28,085 nucleotides of DNA from contig WAKA01000213.1 of NCBI GenBank assembly GCA_015523565.1, positions 1 through 28,085 on the forward strand, given 5' to 3'. The DNA comes from Candidatus Heimdallarchaeota archaeon (GTDB lineage: Archaea; Asgardarchaeota; Heimdallarchaeia; Heimdallarchaeales; Kariarchaeaceae). Shown here in pieces: positions 1-8,060 of the stretch. The notes below the pieces were generated by a model. The model had not been told where the DNA came from and searched no databases. It saw nothing but the letters and a program-made list of their open reading frames with translations. Each line of letters opens with the position of its first letter. Position 1 is the first letter of the stretch. The position numbers and the translations under genes are program-made.

Positions 1-154
1 CAATGATTGCATACCAGAATTTCTGAACTTTCAATAATAAAGTTGATGATATTGTTATAACAAATATCGAAAAAATTTACAGTGATTTACCAGCATTTTA
101 AAAATACATAAGAAATTGTTCGAAATTTTTAATTTATTTATATTTTTTTGAGAC

Positions 155-1732
155 CTATATTTGCTGAAAATTTTTAAAAATTAAATTTTGTAACTTTGAA
201 TAATGTGATGAATTACCATAATAGACCTTAATTCTTTTCAGTAATGAATTGAGAAATTTAATCCAATAGAACGAAATGTCTTCAACACTTGAAGCATGAT
301 ATTGGATTTTGTGGACTATCAAATTCTTTGAATCTTCCAAATCCAAGTAAGCACGTCTAGTGAATGATTTCAATAGATTCGGATCTTCTCCCCTCATTTC
401 AGAGATGATGGAGATTATTAGTTTCATACCTGTCCTTTCAAATTCTTCAAGATGTTTAAGGGAATAGTACCAATTCTTTCCTATATTAATGCCAATCAAA
501 AAAATTGTTAGTGCAACCGATTGAACAATAAAATTTCTGAAAGAGATTGGGAAAAGCAAATCAAAAAGACTTTTTTCTTCTTCTGTTGATTTCGTAATGT
601 TGTATTGCGATAAAATATCACCAGATACCTTTTTTGCCTCCTCTGTGTTTTTCAAGCTTAATGAAAATGAAAACGGACCCCCTACACTAACGAACTTATT
701 TTGTCCAACAGAATTCACGTATGATACATTAATGGCAGGCCAAACGTAAACCCCTTCCGTTATATTGGACAACTCAAGAAAATAGGTTAATCGTATCATC
801 CCACCGTTTTCTGCCTCCCTTACACTTATTTTAATTGAATTTCCTTGAATGAGAGTATTAGCGATAAGTTCACTTGAAATTCCAGTAAATGCGTTGATTT
901 TTATTGGAGTAGATACAAGGATTTCCAAGTTTTTGATAGGACCATAACTACCAAATGAAATATATGTAACGATTTTTGCCAAATCTTCATGCAAATCAAT
1001 ATTCTCTATGCCTTTATGTTCAACATAAACTTCTGCATTGAACGGAGGAAACTGGATGATAGGGGAACCATCCCAACTTCCTTTTGAAAGCAGGTCAGTT
1101 TCAGATAATTCATCAAAAGAGGTATCAACAGAAGTGACCCCGTTTTGCAATGTTCGTTTGTAGGTTAGCAAAATAGAGAACTGCTCTTTAGGTTCAAAAG
1201 TAATTTGGTTTTTAACTGTAATTAATTGGAATTCAATAGACCAAATACCATTTTTTTTATCATTGGAGGTTGCTAGTTGTGAAAAAGGGGGATTAACGGT
1301 TTTATTAGGGAAATTTCCCCCATCATATTTTATTGACATCAAGACTGGAGAAGTTAATGCAAATGAGATATTCAGAAGCATATCCCCTTCAGATTTACTG
1401 TTACTTTCATCCAAATCAAGGTAAATCATGAAGAAACTGTCATTGGATATTGAGGAACTTTCCTTCAGTTCACCAAAAAAATAAAGACTGGATAGATAAT
1501 AACCTATTTTTAAAGTGACAGGGATTTCTGTTTGATTGAAAAGAAAAATAGTTTCAATATTTGGCACTGAATCCCATAATGAGTCCTTTTTACCGTCAAT
1601 ACGAGGCGCGGATTTCAAAATTTCACCTTGTAGATAAGTAGGAGTGTAGCCTTGTGAAAAGACAGGGGCAATACCCATTATCATGCAAACAAATATGAAA
1701 AAAATAATTTTATTCAATCCAAATACCTCCAT
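155..1732 (-). CDS. Secreted/single-pass membrane protein with CBM9/DOMON-like N-terminal domain, Ig-like (BatD-like) domain, C-terminal TM helix and cytoplasmic tail
   Basis: ORF 155..1759; ATG at 1732 (MEVFGLNKIIFFIFVCMIMGIAPVFSQ) reads as a signal peptide. APRIDGKKDSLWDSVP and WSIEFQL resemble CBM9/DOMON-like motifs. GVYVWPAINVSYVNSVG is typical of Ig-like surface domains. TM is FIVQSVALTIFLIGINIG. Overlaps the stop of the upstream ORF. Confidence 0.6.
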   Translation of the reverse strand: MEVFGLNKIIFFIFVCMIMGIAPVFSQGYTPTYLQGEILKSAPRIDGKKDSLWDSVPNIETIFLFNQTEIPVTLKIGYYLSSLYFFGELKESSSISNDSFFMIYLDLDESNSKSEGDMLLNISFALTSPVLMSIKYDGGNFPNKTVNPPFSQLATSNDKKNGIWSIEFQLITVKNQITFEPKEQFSILLTYKRTLQNGVTSVDTSFDELSETDLLSKGSWDGSPIIQFPPFNAEVYVEHKGIENIDLHEDLAKIVTYISFGSYGPIKNLEILVSTPIKINAFTGISSELIANTLIQGNSIKISVREAENGGMIRLTYFLELSNITEGVYVWPAINVSYVNSVGQNKFVSVGGPFSFSLSLKNTEEAKKVSGDILSQYNITKSTEEEKSLFDLLFPISFRNFIVQSVALTIFLIGINIGKNWYYSLKHLEEFERTGMKLIISIISEMRGEDPNLLKSFTRRAYLDLEDSKNLIVHKIQYHASSVEDISFYWIKFLNSLLKRIKVYYGNSSHYSKLQNLIFKNFQQI

Positions 1733-2900
1733 TTTGCCATTGAAAGACCATTGCGGCAAGAATATTTACGCTTTCTTGCACGTATTTTGTCAAAATTTCC
1801 TCTTGAATGATGCCCATTCTATAGAAAACAGCCATTGCCGAAGGCAAAAAAATGCCAACAGGGTCCAATGCATTCTCATCAATACTTGACCCATAAGCTC
1901 TATAAGTAATGTTTCTAGAGGTTAGATATAACTTGGAAATGGGGTATGCTGACAAGAAGTAATCATCTTCAACTATTGAAGACCCGTTTGACTTGATTTG
2001 AATATAAGAGGAATGAGGCAAGAACAAATTTTCTCCAACACTACTTTCAAATCCAAAAACACGATCAACTGCATCAGAATAGGAAACATCACCTGCTTCA
2101 GAGTAGGTTTCAAAAAGGGGTTTGCCACCAATAAACATAACACTCCCACCAGATTTAAAGAAGAATTCCAAAGTTGTAATGTTTTCAGCTGTTGGAGCCA
2201 ATAAAAATTTTGGAATCTTGTCTTGGACAAAAATGAGCCATCGCATTTTTGAAGAATAGGGGGTTTGCTTAATGTATTCTTTTAAAATAGTTTCAGATGA
2301 GATTTTCATTATTCCATAATTTTGTGACCTTTGAAGTATTGATGCAGATAATTGATCTTGCAGAAAAAGTGATTGGGATTCTGTAATCATGCCAGTAGAT
2401 TTCCCCTTCTCAAAGAAAATTGCAAAAATATTTGACGTTGAAGGCTCTACATAGGGAAGAGTGAGACTATATCGTGAAATCAATGGTTTTAAGGTTCCAA
2501 TCAAAGAGTAAATGAGAAAGATTTCAATTCCCATTAAAGATTCAAGCTCCGTTGTTTCGTTCTCTGCAAAAATAACAATAGAAGTGTTGAGATTTGGTGA
2601 AATGGAATAGGTTTGATCAAATTTCCAATAAAATTCTGAAGAGGAGGTTGAAATTATAACATTTCTAAGGAGAATTCCTTTTGAATAAGTCCTAACAAGA
2701 AGTGTAAGCTCGTCAATCAACCCATTTCTAGATTTATCCAAAATTTTGGTTACATTTATTATTTCAAGGAATGAATTGGAGAAATTTTGTTCGTTCGTGG
2801 TGTCATTTTCCTGTAATTGGATAACAAAACCGCTGGAAACAATAATTAAAAGAACAACGTAAGGAGTCACCGATTTGATGATTAAGCTAGAATCATTCAT
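1710..2900 (-). CDS. Membrane-anchored/secreted hypothetical protein with pilin/archaellin-like N-terminus and C-terminal class I glutamine amidotransferase-like domain
   Basis: 396 aa ORF with N-terminal hydrophobic helix (KSVTPYVVLLIIVSSGFVI). DKSRNGLIDEL is a Dx[DN]xDG-like loop. TLEFFFKSGGSVMFIGGKP matches the 'L..fv..GG.l..ig' signature of GATase1-like domains. Confidence 0.5.
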   Translation of the reverse strand: MNDSSLIIKSVTPYVVLLIIVSSGFVIQLQENDTTNEQNFSNSFLEIINVTKILDKSRNGLIDELTLLVRTYSKGILLRNVIISTSSSEFYWKFDQTYSISPNLNTSIVIFAENETTELESLMGIEIFLIYSLIGTLKPLISRYSLTLPYVEPSTSNIFAIFFEKGKSTGMITESQSLFLQDQLSASILQRSQNYGIMKISSETILKEYIKQTPYSSKMRWLIFVQDKIPKFLLAPTAENITTLEFFFKSGGSVMFIGGKPLFETYSEAGDVSYSDAVDRVFGFESSVGENLFLPHSSYIQIKSNGSSIVEDDYFLSAYPISKLYLTSRNITYRAYGSSIDENALDPVGIFLPSAMAVFYRMGIIQEEILTKYVQESVNILAAMVFQWQNGGIWIE

Positions 2901-2945
2901 CTACAATCGTTGTTTGCAGGATATTTTTTAAAGAAAAAGATAGAA

Positions 2946-3785
2946 TTAGGTGGTCTTTGGTTGGTTATTAGTTTCTCTTGCATCAACTTCTGCACGAAGT
3001 TCTTCTATTGCGGACATTATCCTGTCAACAGCCATCTTGGATACTTCTTTGGATGGTGGGAGTTGTCTTAAGTCATCAAGATAAACTGGTTTACCATATT
3101 TGACCAATATCTCAATTGAACGGAACCTTCTTCCCCAAGTAATTGATTTGCCTACGGGCATGGCCTTTTCAGGACCACGTAGAAACACGGGGATCACAGG
3201 AACATTGGTAGCCGTGGCAAGCCATCCACTGCCAAGTTTACCAGGATTACATTTATTGAGCCAAGGTTGCTTATGTCTTTGCCCTTCAGGATACCAAAGC
3301 AAAGTGTTGCCGCGTTTTACTAGATTTATGGAATACTCAACAACACTTAATTGTTTTGCGCCTTTTCTTACTGGAAAAACATTAAGATGGGGCGCGAGTT
3401 TTCTGAATATCGGGTTTTTGAACAATTTTTCATCAGCAATGAAATGAACAGGACGGGATGGATATAAGGGAATATTAACGGCAAAACTATCCAAATGTGA
3501 TAAATGGTTTGGCATGAATATGCAATGCATGTTCTTAGGGAGATTTTCTTTGCCTTCAACCCTGAATTTCCATAAAATCCGGGCAATAACAATTGTAAAC
3601 ATGCCAATGACATAATAAAGTAATCTAGAAGTTGTATATTTGTATTCGAAAGATTCAGTAATTCCCGCCGGACGTTTCTTATATTTATTCTTTGTAATGC
3701 CAAAAATTCTTCCAACAATACCATACCTGTATTGGACGGGGGAATCACTTACTTCTTTCATATGTCGTTTATTTAGAAGTACCAT
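2946..3785 (-). CDS. plsC: 1-acyl-sn-glycerol-3-phosphate acyltransferase (LPLAT/PlsC family)
   Basis: Catalytic NHLSHLD (HX4D), plus FPVRKG, WYPEGQR (FPEGTR-like) and VPVIPV. Likely start is ATG 3785 or 3761 rather than the ORF-track start 3911, whose extension is AT-rich and intergenic-like. Confidence 0.9.
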   Translation of the reverse strand: MVLLNKRHMKEVSDSPVQYRYGIVGRIFGITKNKYKKRPAGITESFEYKYTTSRLLYYVIGMFTIVIARILWKFRVEGKENLPKNMHCIFMPNHLSHLDSFAVNIPLYPSRPVHFIADEKLFKNPIFRKLAPHLNVFPVRKGAKQLSVVEYSINLVKRGNTLLWYPEGQRHKQPWLNKCNPGKLGSGWLATATNVPVIPVFLRGPEKAMPVGKSITWGRRFRSIEILVKYGKPVYLDDLRQLPPSKEVSKMAVDRIMSAIEELRAEVDARETNNQPKTT

Positions 3786-3860
3786 ATAAAAATTCCCTTG
3801 AAATGCTAATTTGCTTTTATCTGGAAAAATCAGGCCAGAGAGAAGAGGGTAGGAAATATT

Positions 3861-3996
3861 ATTTGAAATTATTTGAAATATATTTATTTTGCACCAAATA
3901 TATTTATACATCGGTATAACATTATACCCTCATAAAACACGACATTTCAAATGTCCGAAATTTAAAATTTTGACCAACATATAACTCATTTTAAAT
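3861..3996. promoter_or_regulatory. Cluster of five ATTT-N-AAAT pseudo-palindromes, one extended to GACATTT-C-AAATGTC; candidate operator upstream of plsC
   Basis: Copies at 3861-3869, 3871-3879, 3944-3952 (perfect 7-bp arms 3941-3955), 3960-3968 and 3988-3996. The AT-rich background lowers significance. Confidence 0.3.
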
Positions 3997-4012
3997 CAAA
4001 AATCCACAACAT

Positions 4013-5743
4013 TTATTTGCTTTTGGAAAGGAAACGTTGACGTAATATCTCCTGAGTTGGATTAAGTTCAGGAGTTATTTCAATTCTATATTTAGGAACA
4101 AATTTTACATTTTTGATGGTGGTTTTCATTTCAATCTTGTCATGGAAATAGGTGATTTGCAAATTAAAATGTTCAGGATATGCTTCAATGATTTTTTTAA
4201 TTCTTTCAGGCTCATATTTATATCCCTGTACCGCTATAATTTCATCATTAGGACAAAGACCTGTTTCAGAGGCAGGACTATCTGATCTGATTGATTCTAT
4301 AATATTGGAATTATTTTTGAATTTAATGCCAACTAAATTTTCAGCGGGAACCATTTCCTTGATGAAAGAAAATCCAATTTCCTCAAGGTATTTAGTAAAA
4401 GGAAGTTCATCAACACCATATACATATTTTTTGAAGAATTCTGAAACAGACACTCCAGTAAATGATTCAATTTCCTTGTCAAATTGATCAGGATCATAGC
4501 AGTAAGAAGGGTTTTCTTTATATTTTTTGTAGAGATGTCTAAAAAAGTCATCTAGTTTTTGAATACCATTAGTTTTTTTCAGAATTTCAATATCAAGCAA
4601 TAAGCCAACAAGACCACCTTTTAAATAATAGCTGACGTTTGAATTAATTGAATTTTCATCAGGTCTATAGAGTTTAATCCATGCGTCAAAGCTAGACTCA
4701 GCTAGAGACCTAACAAAACGACCAGGGGTATCGAAGTACTTGTTGATTGCCATGGAAACCTGATCAAGATATTCTTCAAGGGTCATAAGACCAGCATACA
4801 GCAGTATTTTTTTCTCGTAATAATTGGTAAGCCCTTCTGCAATCCAAAGAGCGGTTGTATATACCTCTTTTTCGTAATCAAATGAATCAAGCTGTTGGGG
4901 ACGGATACGTTTTACATTGTAGACATGAAAGTGTTCATGTGATTCCAACCTAAGGACATTCAAGTAATTTTTTCGATCAGAAAAGCTCCAGCGAGAAGTA
5001 ATGCTAACATTTGAGAATTTATGCTCCAAACCGCCCCCACCCTTGTCTACAAGGTAAAGCATCCACAAATACCTGTCATAAGGTAATTCACCAAACATTT
5101 CAATGGATGCATGCTGTATCTTTTGTAAATCGTCCGCTAACTGATTTATGTCATGATTCCCTCTTTTTCCGATTATTGCCAATGTACATGGAATACCGTC
5201 AATTTCATACTCTTTTTGGTCTAAATAGTCCCTAATAGCAAAACCAATTGGAGAATCATACAATTCATCGAAATTGTCAACTTCAAAATACTCATCTTTG
5301 CTTTTCATGCTTGTAAAAATCTCAAAGTCTAGAGAATTTATTTTCACCTTAATAGGGGTATTTTTTATTGGGGTCTTTGGATTGCTTCTGCAGGGATAAA
5401 AAAAAGTTGCAGTGCCATTGATAAGACCTATGTAATTATCCAAATAATTTGTTCGAACTGTCATTTCAAAACAATAGACATTGTACGATACATTGACCTC
5501 ATCCCCCTCTTTTGCAAAAATTTGCCAATTGTTTTTGGTGATTTTTTTCCATGGGACACTCATTTTATTGCATGACACAGAAAAATCTTGGATATGCCGT
5601 GAATATTCCCGTATTAAATAAGATCCAGGAGTCCAAGAGGGCAATTCAAGAATTGGATTGTCAGAGGGGGCAGTAAATTTCATCACAATAGAAAGAAGAT
5701 GTTCTGATTTTCTTTCTGTTGAAACAGTGAATTCAATGGACAT
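4013..5743 (-). CDS. M61 family metallopeptidase (glycyl aminopeptidase) with C-terminal PDZ domain
   Basis: LPSWTPGSYLIREYSR, GGGLEH, HEHFH (HExxH) followed by NVKRIRP, LWIAEGLTNYY, SYYLKG. PDZ signature DSPASETGLCPNDEIIAVQG. Confidence 0.95.
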   Translation of the reverse strand: MSIEFTVSTERKSEHLLSIVMKFTAPSDNPILELPSWTPGSYLIREYSRHIQDFSVSCNKMSVPWKKITKNNWQIFAKEGDEVNVSYNVYCFEMTVRTNYLDNYIGLINGTATFFYPCRSNPKTPIKNTPIKVKINSLDFEIFTSMKSKDEYFEVDNFDELYDSPIGFAIRDYLDQKEYEIDGIPCTLAIIGKRGNHDINQLADDLQKIQHASIEMFGELPYDRYLWMLYLVDKGGGGLEHKFSNVSITSRWSFSDRKNYLNVLRLESHEHFHVYNVKRIRPQQLDSFDYEKEVYTTALWIAEGLTNYYEKKILLYAGLMTLEEYLDQVSMAINKYFDTPGRFVRSLAESSFDAWIKLYRPDENSINSNVSYYLKGGLVGLLLDIEILKKTNGIQKLDDFFRHLYKKYKENPSYCYDPDQFDKEIESFTGVSVSEFFKKYVYGVDELPFTKYLEEIGFSFIKEMVPAENLVGIKFKNNSNIIESIRSDSPASETGLCPNDEIIAVQGYKYEPERIKKIIEAYPEHFNLQITYFHDKIEMKTTIKNVKFVPKYRIEITPELNPTQEILRQRFLSKSK

Positions 5744-5787
5744 ATAATCATGACAATAATGGTCTCATAATAAAGATTTGAATATGG

Positions 5788-6306
5788 CTATTGGTCACTC
5801 CCTCTTTTTTTTAATTTTTTCTTCTCTCTTTCCCGCCTTTCTGCTTCTTTTCGTTTAATTTCCCTCCATTCCTCTTCAGTAATTTCTTTTCCCTTATAGG
5901 TTTTTGGAGCGATTTTATTGATGATTTCATCAATGTCCTCATTTTCGTCAGCCACTATTTGAAGAAGAACTGCACCCAAAGGAGGATTGTCTTCAAAATC
6001 AACAAGGCTCAAGCGCCCATTCCACAAGGCTTGGCGGTTAAAATACAAAGAAGTCATTCCTTCATATTCCTTGTTTTGAAACATCCGTTTCCGAATTGTA
6101 TCAAGAAGTCTTTGGGTTCGGATTGCTTCATAGAAAGTAGAAAGTGCGCTTTCATCAGTTGTTACAATTACAAGGTAAATACCGTCAAAACGTTTGTCTA
6201 TTTTAATCTCATCTTGTACAAGGAAATTCATTACTTTCCTTACTTTTGTTTCGTCTTCAGTTTCATTCAATTTGGCTTCGCATGTGATGTACATCCAATC
6301 ATTCAT
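5788..6306 (-). CDS. UPF0201 (DUF54) putative RNA-binding protein
   Basis: LNETEDETKV, IRTQRLLDTIRK, FNRQA..GRLSL and NPPLGAV motifs. Its start overlaps the stop of the UPF0200 gene, a conserved archaeal pairing. Confidence 0.85.
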   Translation of the reverse strand: MNDWMYITCEAKLNETEDETKVRKVMNFLVQDEIKIDKRFDGIYLVIVTTDESALSTFYEAIRTQRLLDTIRKRMFQNKEYEGMTSLYFNRQALWNGRLSLVDFEDNPPLGAVLLQIVADENEDIDEIINKIAPKTYKGKEITEEEWREIKRKEAERREREKKKLKKRGSDQ

Positions 6307-6874
6307 TCATTAGATAAGTCAAAAATTCTTTGAAATATGCCCTTGCTTTTTCCAGATTGTTGGGAGGGGTCAACATATAATCAGCAAGGGCAATGACATG
6401 TCCTATACCTACCTCCAATTCTTTCTTGTCCCTGAGTAGGAATGCTTCTGAAGAGGTTGAATCATCATTTCTTTTTCTTCTTAAGGTTCGCATCTTTCTG
6501 ATACTGGGGCTTGCATGGATTGCGATTATCAAAAAGTCAGGAAATTCAGCCTTGAAAACATCAACTTCTTGGGGTGAACGTATTCCGTCAACCAAGATGT
6601 AGGATTCACCAGAAGAAACCAATGACTTGATTTGCTTTAGGACTCGTTTGGCAACAACATCATAACCTTCTTCCTTGCGTAGAAGCACCATTATGTTATT
6701 GCAATTTTCTCGTGTTGGTTCCAGACCCCTTGCACGACACTCATTCCGTATTACATCTCCCATCACAATTTGTTTGAAACCCATAGTTTTTGCCACTTCA
6801 GCAAATTCATTTTTACCTGACGCAGGTAGACCGGTCACTCCGATAATTAATGTCTTATCCCTATATTTTGCCAC
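6299..6874 (-). CDS. UPF0200 P-loop kinase (archaeal dephospho-CoA kinase-like)
   Basis: GVTGLPASGK Walker A, MGDVIR, VDGIRS..EV, IHASP..R, RD..EL..GIG.VIALADY. Likely start GTG at 6874; the ORF-track start 6937 overlaps the divergent gene. Confidence 0.88.
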   Translation of the reverse strand: MAKYRDKTLIIGVTGLPASGKNEFAEVAKTMGFKQIVMGDVIRNECRARGLEPTRENCNNIMVLLRKEEGYDVVAKRVLKQIKSLVSSGESYILVDGIRSPQEVDVFKAEFPDFLIIAIHASPSIRKMRTLRRKRNDDSTSSEAFLLRDKKELEVGIGHVIALADYMLTPPNNLEKARAYFKEFLTYLMNE

Positions 6875-6928
6875 TTCTAGACTCAGGAAAATCAATTTTT
6901 TTAAGTTGGCGAAGGAATACAGGATTGA

Positions 6929-7489
6929 ATGAATCACATGGATACGGATCGATGCTTTATTGCAGTCAAGATAAATCCGTTTACAGAAGCTTATGAATTT
7001 CTTACTGAAATTAAGAAGAATTTTCAGGGAAAGATTTCACTGACACTCCCTCAGAATTATCATATTACAACTCACTTTTTTGGTGATATAACGAAACCAA
7101 TTCAAGAAACCATTGCAGAAGTAATGGACGATTTAAAATTTAGCAAGTTTCTTTTGAATCTTAATGTGCCTGGATTTTTCCCGAAACATCAACCGACAAG
7201 ATTGAGAGTTCTCTATATTGCCCCTTCACAAGGAGAAAAAGAATTTATGAATCTATATGATAAATTAACCACTTTGCTTAGAGGAGTTAAGTTCAAGAAG
7301 AAAAAATCATTCTCTCCTCATTTGACTGTTGGAAGAGTTAAATATGGTAATACTAGTGATTTGGCGGAAAAGTGGAAGAATTTCAAGGTTGAGAAAATAT
7401 TTGATGTAAACAAGATAACCTTGTACAAGTCAATATTGAAACCATCGGGTGCAGAATACACAGTGCTCCATGAAAGGAGATTTGATTAA
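6929..7489 (+). CDS. thpR: RNA 2',3'-cyclic phosphodiesterase (2H phosphoesterase, LigT/ThpR)
   Basis: RCFIAV N-terminus, two HxT motifs (YHITTHFFGD, FSPHLTVGRVK) and LYKSILKPSGAEY. Start at 6929 or 6938. Confidence 0.92.
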   Translation: MNHMDTDRCFIAVKINPFTEAYEFLTEIKKNFQGKISLTLPQNYHITTHFFGDITKPIQETIAEVMDDLKFSKFLLNLNVPGFFPKHQPTRLRVLYIAPSQGEKEFMNLYDKLTTLLRGVKFKKKKSFSPHLTVGRVKYGNTSDLAEKWKNFKVEKIFDVNKITLYKSILKPSGAEYTVLHERRFD

Positions 7490-7490
7490 G

Positions 7491-8003
7491 TCACCACCAA
7501 ACATCCTTCCACCCCATTTTATAAGCAAAAATGTTAGCGGCAACATGCAAAACCAATGCAGCCAAAGTTACAAGACCAAACCATAGCCAATTAATTCCTA
7601 CAAAGGGCCAAACAACCAAAAACGAGAAAACAATAAAGCCAATCTGATCCATAATTGGGAAGGGCCCACCTGGCTTCAAGTTGATTCTTCTTTTGAGAAA
7701 TGAACCAAAAGCATCGCCAATCATTGCACCAAATCCTTCAAGAAAACCAAGCCATATAGGAAATGAGCCCCAAATGTTGGGAAAGAAATAATACAATGCA
7801 ATACCTGCCATTCCTCCAGATATTACTGCAGAGAGCAGTCCACCAATAGTTTTGTTTTTTCCAAGCAATGGCTTGCCATCAAAAAAGTTGAGACCGCCAT
7901 CAATTCGACCAAAACCACCAATAAATACAGGAACTGCATTTGCAAAAAATGCAGGCATCATAAAAACAAATCCAAATATCAGTTCATTTAGAAAATTGAC
8001 CAC
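7491..8003 (-). CDS. carS: CDP-archaeol synthase (CDP-2,3-bis-(O-geranylgeranyl)-sn-glycerol synthase)
   Basis: PAFFANAVPV, IDGG..FFDGKPLLGKNKT, GAMIGDAFGSFLKRRINLKPG, PIMDQIGF, LH..AN..AY..G.KDVWW; multi-TM. Confidence 0.95.
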   Translation of the reverse strand: MVNFLNELIFGFVFMMPAFFANAVPVFIGGFGRIDGGLNFFDGKPLLGKNKTIGGLLSAVISGGMAGIALYYFFPNIWGSFPIWLGFLEGFGAMIGDAFGSFLKRRINLKPGGPFPIMDQIGFIVFSFLVVWPFVGINWLWFGLVTLAALVLHVAANIFAYKMGWKDVWW

Positions 8004-8060
8004 GTATTTTCTTATAAAGTGTTATTACTTATAGTTTACCCAATTTGTTAAGATGGAAGA

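Noticed and set aside
3-101. Possible 3' end of a + strand gene (NNKVDDIVITNIEKIYSDLPAF*) with an in-frame TGA at 24-26
   Set aside because: Too short and at the window edge; cannot distinguish a gene remnant, a sequencing error or chance.
3858-3880. CRISPR-like repeat ends (ATTTGAAAT)
   Set aside because: Units are only 9-10 bp, with no spacers and no cas genes.
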